From: Candidatus Woesebacteria bacterium
GTDB lineage: Bacteria; Patescibacteriota; Microgenomatia; UBA8517
Length of the DNA stretch: 64,000 nucleotides
Assembly (NCBI GenBank): GCA_016700095.1
Contig: CP065002.1
Location: 432,463 to 496,462 of the forward strand
Reading direction: 5' to 3'
The stretch's first letter is position 1; each line of letters starts with the position of its first letter. Shown here piece after piece: positions 59,243-64,000 of this stretch. The notes beneath the pieces were generated by a model. It saw nothing but the letters and a program-made list of their open reading frames with translations, had not been told where the DNA came from and ran no database searches. The translations under genes and the position numbers were made by a program.

Positions 59243-59950
59243 ATGATTAATAAATCGCCATTCATTGTTATCGAAGGTCCCGATGGAAGCGGAAAAGGTA
59301 CACAGCATGCGTTGTTAATTGAAAAACTCAAGGAAAATGAAAGAAAGGTTTTTCCTGTAGATTTCCCCCAATATTACAATCATGAGGGATATTTTGGTCC
59401 GATGATTGGAAGGATGCTTAAGGGTGACTTTGGACCAATGGACATTATTGATCCGAGGCTTGCGTCGGTGTTATTTGCAATGGATCGTTGGGAGGCAAGT
59501 GAAAACATTAGAACAGCTCAAAGAAATGGATTAATTGTAGTTGGGAATAGATACACACTTTCAAATGAAGCACATCAAGTGGCCAGAATGCCCCCAAGCG
59601 AAAGAGATGGTTTTTTGGCGGATTTGAGAAAAATGGAATATGACATACTAAAAATCCCGCGTCCAGATTTATACCTATTTTTGTCCGTTCCATTTGAAAT
59701 AAGTCAAAAACTTATTGAAAAGAAAGCGGGGAGAAATTATTTGGGGGGGGCACAAAAGGATGGTCTGGAGAAAGACGTTGAACATCAGTTATCAGCTACC
59801 AGATTGTATGGAGAATTAGCTAAGAATGATTCTGGCATAGTTGTTGTTGATTGCGCGAGCGAAAGTGGGACATTGATGTCAATTGAGGAGGTTCATGGAA
59901 AGGTTTGGAAGGAAGTAGACAGATTTATACATCAATATGAGGAAGGATAG
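59243..59950 (+). CDS. tmk: Thymidylate (dTMP) kinase
   Basis: P-loop 'FIVIEGPDGSGKGTQ', 'FAMDRWE', and lid region. Confidence 0.8.
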   Translation: MINKSPFIVIEGPDGSGKGTQHALLIEKLKENERKVFPVDFPQYYNHEGYFGPMIGRMLKGDFGPMDIIDPRLASVLFAMDRWEASENIRTAQRNGLIVVGNRYTLSNEAHQVARMPPSERDGFLADLRKMEYDILKIPRPDLYLFLSVPFEISQKLIEKKAGRNYLGGAQKDGLEKDVEHQLSATRLYGELAKNDSGIVVVDCASESGTLMSIEEVHGKVWKEVDRFIHQYEEG

Positions 59951-60008
59951 GTTGTCGGTGAAAGACAGAAGTAACATTTGAATATTTTTAAATAAGCAAT
60001 ATACTGGG

Positions 60009-61325
60009 ATGGTGGATAAAATATTTTCATTAATTGACCAAGAGGCAAAAAGGCAGAAAGAAACGCTGATGATGATTCCGTCAGAAAACTATACTTACCC
60101 GGAAGTAAGAAGCGCTGTCGGAAGTATTCTGATGCATAAGTATGCGGAAGGTGATCCGGGAAGGCGGTATTATCAGGGAAATGAATTTGTTGACCAAGTG
60201 GAAGCAACCGCGGAAGGAAGAGTTCTGGAATGTTTTAATCTAAACCCTGAGGATTGGCATGTAAATGTGCAACCTCATTCCGGGTGTGAAGCAAACTTGG
60301 CGGTTTACAATGCAATTTTAGATCCGGGTGACAAAATCATGTCTATGTTTTTGCCCGACGGTGGGCATCTCTCGCATGGTTGGCATATGGGCGACAACAA
60401 AATTACATTAGTCTCTAAAATTTTTAACGTAAGTTTTTATAACGTCGATCCCGAAAAAGAGATTTTTGATTTTGCCAAAATTGCACTATTGGCAACTCAA
60501 ATAAAACCTAAACTAATAATTTCCGGCGGTACTGCTTATCCTCGGGATATTGATTATAAACGCATGGCAAAAATCGCCCATAGGGTAGGGGCGTATTATA
60601 TGGCTGATGTGGCACACGAGGCGGGACTTATTATTGCCGGTGCCAATAATTCACCTTTTCCACACGCCGATTTTGTTACTTTTACGACCCACAAAACGCT
60701 TCGAGGACCAAGAGGAGCAGTTATTGTTGCAAGAAAAGAATACGGCGAGAAAATTGACAGATCGATTATTCCCGGTCTTCAGGGAGGTCCGCATCTTCAT
60801 TCCATCGCTGGAATTGCAGTAGCACTTGAAAAAGCTAAAACACCAAAATTTAAACGATATGGTGCGCAGACAGTTGAAAACGCCAAATATTTAGCTCAGC
60901 TCCTTAAATCAAAGGGATTACACATTGTAAGTGGTGGAACAGATAAGCACTTGGTTTTAATTGATTTGAGAGAGCAAAAAACAAACGGTTGGTTTGCGGC
61001 ATGGGCGTTGGAATATGCAGGTATTATTGCAAACAGAAATACAGTCCCGAGTGACACGGGGTCGCCGTTTTATCCCTCGGGTCTAAGGTTGGGGACTCCG
61101 GCAATTACGGTTAGAGGAATGAAAGAACGCGAAATGAAAAAAATTGCGGATTGGATTCATGAAGTGATCGAGATTGTTGCCGGTCAAACTATTCCCGCCG
61201 ACAAAGAAGAAAGAAATCAATTCCTAAAAGCTTTTAGAGTTGGGATTGCAAAGAATGAACGCATACTTAAAATAAACAAAGAAGTAAAAATGTTGTGTAA
61301 AGAATTCCCCATTGATTTTGAATAA
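60009..61325 (+). CDS. glyA: Serine hydroxymethyltransferase
   Basis: The PLP-lysine motif 'TFTTHKTLRGPRGA' and the conserved N-terminal 'IPSENYTYPEV'. Confidence 0.95.
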   Translation: MVDKIFSLIDQEAKRQKETLMMIPSENYTYPEVRSAVGSILMHKYAEGDPGRRYYQGNEFVDQVEATAEGRVLECFNLNPEDWHVNVQPHSGCEANLAVYNAILDPGDKIMSMFLPDGGHLSHGWHMGDNKITLVSKIFNVSFYNVDPEKEIFDFAKIALLATQIKPKLIISGGTAYPRDIDYKRMAKIAHRVGAYYMADVAHEAGLIIAGANNSPFPHADFVTFTTHKTLRGPRGAVIVARKEYGEKIDRSIIPGLQGGPHLHSIAGIAVALEKAKTPKFKRYGAQTVENAKYLAQLLKSKGLHIVSGGTDKHLVLIDLREQKTNGWFAAWALEYAGIIANRNTVPSDTGSPFYPSGLRLGTPAITVRGMKEREMKKIADWIHEVIEIVAGQTIPADKEERNQFLKAFRVGIAKNERILKINKEVKMLCKEFPIDFE

Positions 61326-61445
61326 CACTTCTGCCTTTTGAAAATATATTTTGATACGAATAGTTTTTTAGGAATTTTCTTACTATGCGAAGATGTGACG
61401 CTTTTCGTAATATTTGTTACCGTACTAAATTTAGCATAAAATAAC

Positions 61446-62264
61446 ATGATGATAAGTTTTGATGGCAGAAAATATTCCGACGAGAAGCTTCTGGTTCTAA
61501 AAAAACAAGTTGATAATCTAAAAGCGCGAGGTATTAATTTAAAGCTTGCCAGTATTTATGTATCAACTGATCCCGGAAGTGTTCTTTATACTAAACTCAA
61601 GAAAAGCAAAGCTGAAAGTATTGGCATAGCTTTCGTTGCGTACGAAATGGACAATATCGACAAAGAAGGTGTGATTGAGGTGATCACAAGATTAAACGGC
61701 GATGAAGGTACAACCGGGATATTGGTTCAAAAACCGTCTGGTGACAAGCAATACGATAAAGAAAGTTGGGCGGAAATTGTATCGGTTATTGACCCCGCCA
61801 AAGACGTCGATGGATTAACACCTCACAATTTAGGTTTACTAAGCATGGGGACGCCGAAGTTTATCCCCGCAACCGTTAAAGCAGTGATGTCTGTTCTAGC
61901 AAGCTGGCAGATAGAGTTAGCGGGAAAAAACATTGTCATAATCGGAGCGAGTGAAATACTGGGAAAACCGCTTACTATGTTAATGACACAAATGGATGCA
62001 ACAGTCAGTTTACTTCACTCCAAAACGGAAAACATCAAAAAGTACACATTAAATTGCGATATTTTAATCAGTGCTACAGGCGTTCCCAATTTAATTACGC
62101 AAGACATGGTTAGACATGGAAGTATTATGATTGATGTCGGGGCTCCAAGGGGGGATATCGACAAAGCAACTTACCAAAAAGCAGCGTACGTCTCGGGTGT
62201 TCCCGGAGGTGTCGGACCAGTGACAATCGTTTCCCTTTTAGAGAATTTAGTTGTATTCAAATAG
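61446..62264 (+). CDS. folD: Bifunctional 5,10-methylene-THF dehydrogenase / methenyl-THF cyclohydrolase
   Basis: 'LASIYVSTDPGSVLYTKLKKSKAESIGI…', 'VIIGASEILGKPLTMLM', and 'DVGAPRG…GGVGPVTIVSLLEN'. Confidence 0.85.
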   Translation: MMISFDGRKYSDEKLLVLKKQVDNLKARGINLKLASIYVSTDPGSVLYTKLKKSKAESIGIAFVAYEMDNIDKEGVIEVITRLNGDEGTTGILVQKPSGDKQYDKESWAEIVSVIDPAKDVDGLTPHNLGLLSMGTPKFIPATVKAVMSVLASWQIELAGKNIVIIGASEILGKPLTMLMTQMDATVSLLHSKTENIKKYTLNCDILISATGVPNLITQDMVRHGSIMIDVGAPRGDIDKATYQKAAYVSGVPGGVGPVTIVSLLENLVVFK

Positions 62265-62468
62265 AAAATATAAGGTGTTTTGTGATATCAATTTCTAACC
62301 TGTGGGTTTAAATTAATCAGCCAACTCATAACTTTACTTCGTTAATTACGCACTATTGTGCACCAGAGATACTTTTGTTATAATACTTCAACGCATACTT
62401 AAGGAATGCATTCCTGAAGAAAAAAACTTCGCCTTAAGTAGAGGATTAAGGAATGTAAAAGTTATAAT

Positions 62469-63272
62469 ATGACTGAAGTTTCCGCACAAAAACTAATTGA
62501 ATCAGGTGCCCATTATGGACATCAAACAAGACGTTGGAATCCGAAAATGGCAAAATATATCCACAGCCATGTCGACGGAGTCCATATTTTTGATTTGATA
62601 AAAACAAAAAAGGCATTAGAAGAAGCTCTCAAAGTAATTAGTAAAGTTGCAAGTGAAAAGAAAAATATTCTGATATTGGGAACCAAAAAACAAGCCAAGG
62701 AAAAGGTTGCAGAGATAGCCCAAAGAACACAAGTCTTTTATGTGAATGAAAGGTGGCTTGGAGGAACACTCTCGAATTTTTCCCAGATCAAAAAATCGCT
62801 CAATAAACTAAATACCATGCGTGATAAACTTGCCGCAGGTGAGTACAAGAAATTTACGAAAAAGGAAAGACTTCTGATTGAACGAGAGATTGCACGTTTG
62901 GAAAGATTTTTCGGAGGGTTGTATGGTATGGAAAAAACACCCGATCTAATTATCATTATCGATCTCAAAAGGGAACAAGGTGCCATCAAAGAAGCACGAA
63001 CAGCAGGTGTTGAAACAGTGGGGATAGTTGATACAAACTGTGATCCGGATGGAGTTACATATCCGATTCCGATGAACGACGACGCAACACGCGCACTTGA
63101 TTATGTACTTGATCTGATTGCCGAGGCGATAACTGAAGGAAAAAATAATTCAAAGAAATTAGAAGCAAAACCGGAAACTCCCCAAAAACAGGTTAAAGTT
63201 GCAAAGGGCAAGAATATTAAAACTTCACCAAGGAAAGTTAAGGAAAAGAAAAGCAAGGTGTCTAAAAAATAA
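62469..63272 (+). CDS. rpsB: 30S ribosomal protein S2
   Basis: 'GAHYGHQTRRWNPKMAKYI', canonical S2. Confidence 0.95.
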   Translation: MTEVSAQKLIESGAHYGHQTRRWNPKMAKYIHSHVDGVHIFDLIKTKKALEEALKVISKVASEKKNILILGTKKQAKEKVAEIAQRTQVFYVNERWLGGTLSNFSQIKKSLNKLNTMRDKLAAGEYKKFTKKERLLIEREIARLERFFGGLYGMEKTPDLIIIIDLKREQGAIKEARTAGVETVGIVDTNCDPDGVTYPIPMNDDATRALDYVLDLIAEAITEGKNNSKKLEAKPETPQKQVKVAKGKNIKTSPRKVKEKKSKVSKK

Positions 63273-63273
63273 C

Positions 63274-63735
63274 ATGGCAAAGATTGATGTCAAGACAATC
63301 CGAAAACTAAGAGATGAAACGGGGGCTTCAATTGTGCGTATCACAAAAGTTCTTGACGAAGTGGGTGGGGATGAAGGCAAGGCATGCGAAATTCTGAAAA
63401 AAGAAGGTTTTGAAAAAGCCGCGAAACGTAGCGATCGTGAGACCAACCAAGGTGTACTTAAAACTTATGTTCATCACTCAGGAAAATTGGTGTCAATTGT
63501 CGAACTTCTTTGCGAAACTGATTTTGTAGCCAAAAATGATTTATTTATAACATTGGCAAATGACCTTGCGATGCAAGTTGCCTCTATGGGTGCAAATAGC
63601 GTTGATGACTTGATTGCTCAGGATTTTATCAAAGACCCGAGCAAAAAAGTTGAGAATCTGGTAAGAGATGTTATTGCAAAAACCGGTGAGAATGTTCGCA
63701 TTGGAAGAATTTTTCGTGTAGAATTAGGAAAGTAA
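63274..63735 (+). CDS. tsf: Elongation factor Ts (short form, 153 aa)
   Basis: 'MAKIDVKTIRKLRDETGASIVRITKVL' EF-Ts N-terminal UBA-like domain. The ATG is 1 nt after the rpsB stop. The short length is typical of streamlined genomes. Confidence 0.85.
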   Translation: MAKIDVKTIRKLRDETGASIVRITKVLDEVGGDEGKACEILKKEGFEKAAKRSDRETNQGVLKTYVHHSGKLVSIVELLCETDFVAKNDLFITLANDLAMQVASMGANSVDDLIAQDFIKDPSKKVENLVRDVIAKTGENVRIGRIFRVELGK

Positions 63736-64000
63736 TGAACGAATCTTCAGTACGCTCTAAACTAAGTGAAGTGTTGGATCTTGTTGTTTCGGATGTGAAT
63801 ACGGTTAGGACGGGACGTGCTAAACCCAGTTTGGTTGAGGATCTCACAGTCGTGGTTTATGGTGGTACAACAAAACTTAGAATTCAAGAAGTGGCAACCG
63901 TAAGTTCGCCTGATCCTGAGAGTATTGTCATTTCCCCCTACGATAAATCGATAATCGGTGAAATAAAAAAGGGAATAGAAGCGGCAAACATCGGTTTCTC
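63735..64000 (+). CDS. frr: Ribosome-recycling factor (3'-truncated by window)
   Basis: '…VRTGRAKPSLVEDLTVVVYGGTTKLRIQEVATVS…' matches the RRF N-terminus. The ATG overlaps the tsf stop. pyrH is absent between tsf and frr. Confidence 0.75.
   Translation, partial: MNESSVRSKLSEVLDLVVSDVNTVRTGRAKPSLVEDLTVVVYGGTTKLRIQEVATVSSPDPESIVISPYDKSIIGEIKKGIEAANIGF

Overview
This 64 kb window is AT-rich bacterial chromosome with dense but often short genes, weak Shine-Dalgarno signals, a short EF-Ts (153 aa) and N-terminal extensions on L1 and NusG. From these I infer a streamlined, possibly CPR/Patescibacteria-like lineage, but that is inference. The provided ORF track uses TTG/GTG as well as ATG starts (several of its 'M' starts are TTG or GTG), so I re-set some starts to the first plausible ATG. 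The core content is: (i) a rearranged ribosomal-protein cluster, secE-nusG-rplK-rplA-[two-gene insertion]-rplJ-rplL on the minus strand, with no tuf upstream of secE and no rpoB after rplL. Instead an IS200/RAYT-like transposase fragment with REP-like palindromes abuts the rplL terminator. (ii) relA/spoT-like, rnhB and rpsU. (iii) A cell-envelope block: fmt-def, an O-antigen-ligase/TPR membrane protein, mreB, mrdA (PBP2), dprA and topA. (iv) A thymidylate/folate cluster: folA, thyA, tmk, glyA, folD. (v) rpsB-tsf-frr at the 3' edge. (vi) Four minus-strand tRNAs, Trp(CCA), Thr(GGU), Tyr(GUA) and Thr(UGU), with att-like partial duplications and tandem repeats. The accessory parts hold the candidates for novel biology: a tandem-cNMP-binding-domain protein plus HD hydrolase inserted inside the r-protein operon, a C39-like cysteine peptidase immediately followed by a Ddl-family ATP-grasp ligase, a (GATGGTA)~16 heptanucleotide repeat just upstream of a membrane-protein gene, three Tat-lipoprotein paralogs sharing a near-identical promoter and 5' module but carrying different protease domains beside a divergent ABC exporter, and a nucleotidyltransferase+NUDIX pair in an AT-rich islet next to tRNA-Trp. 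No CRISPR array or rRNA was seen. All functional calls are from motif and domain recognition by eye; no database searches were run.
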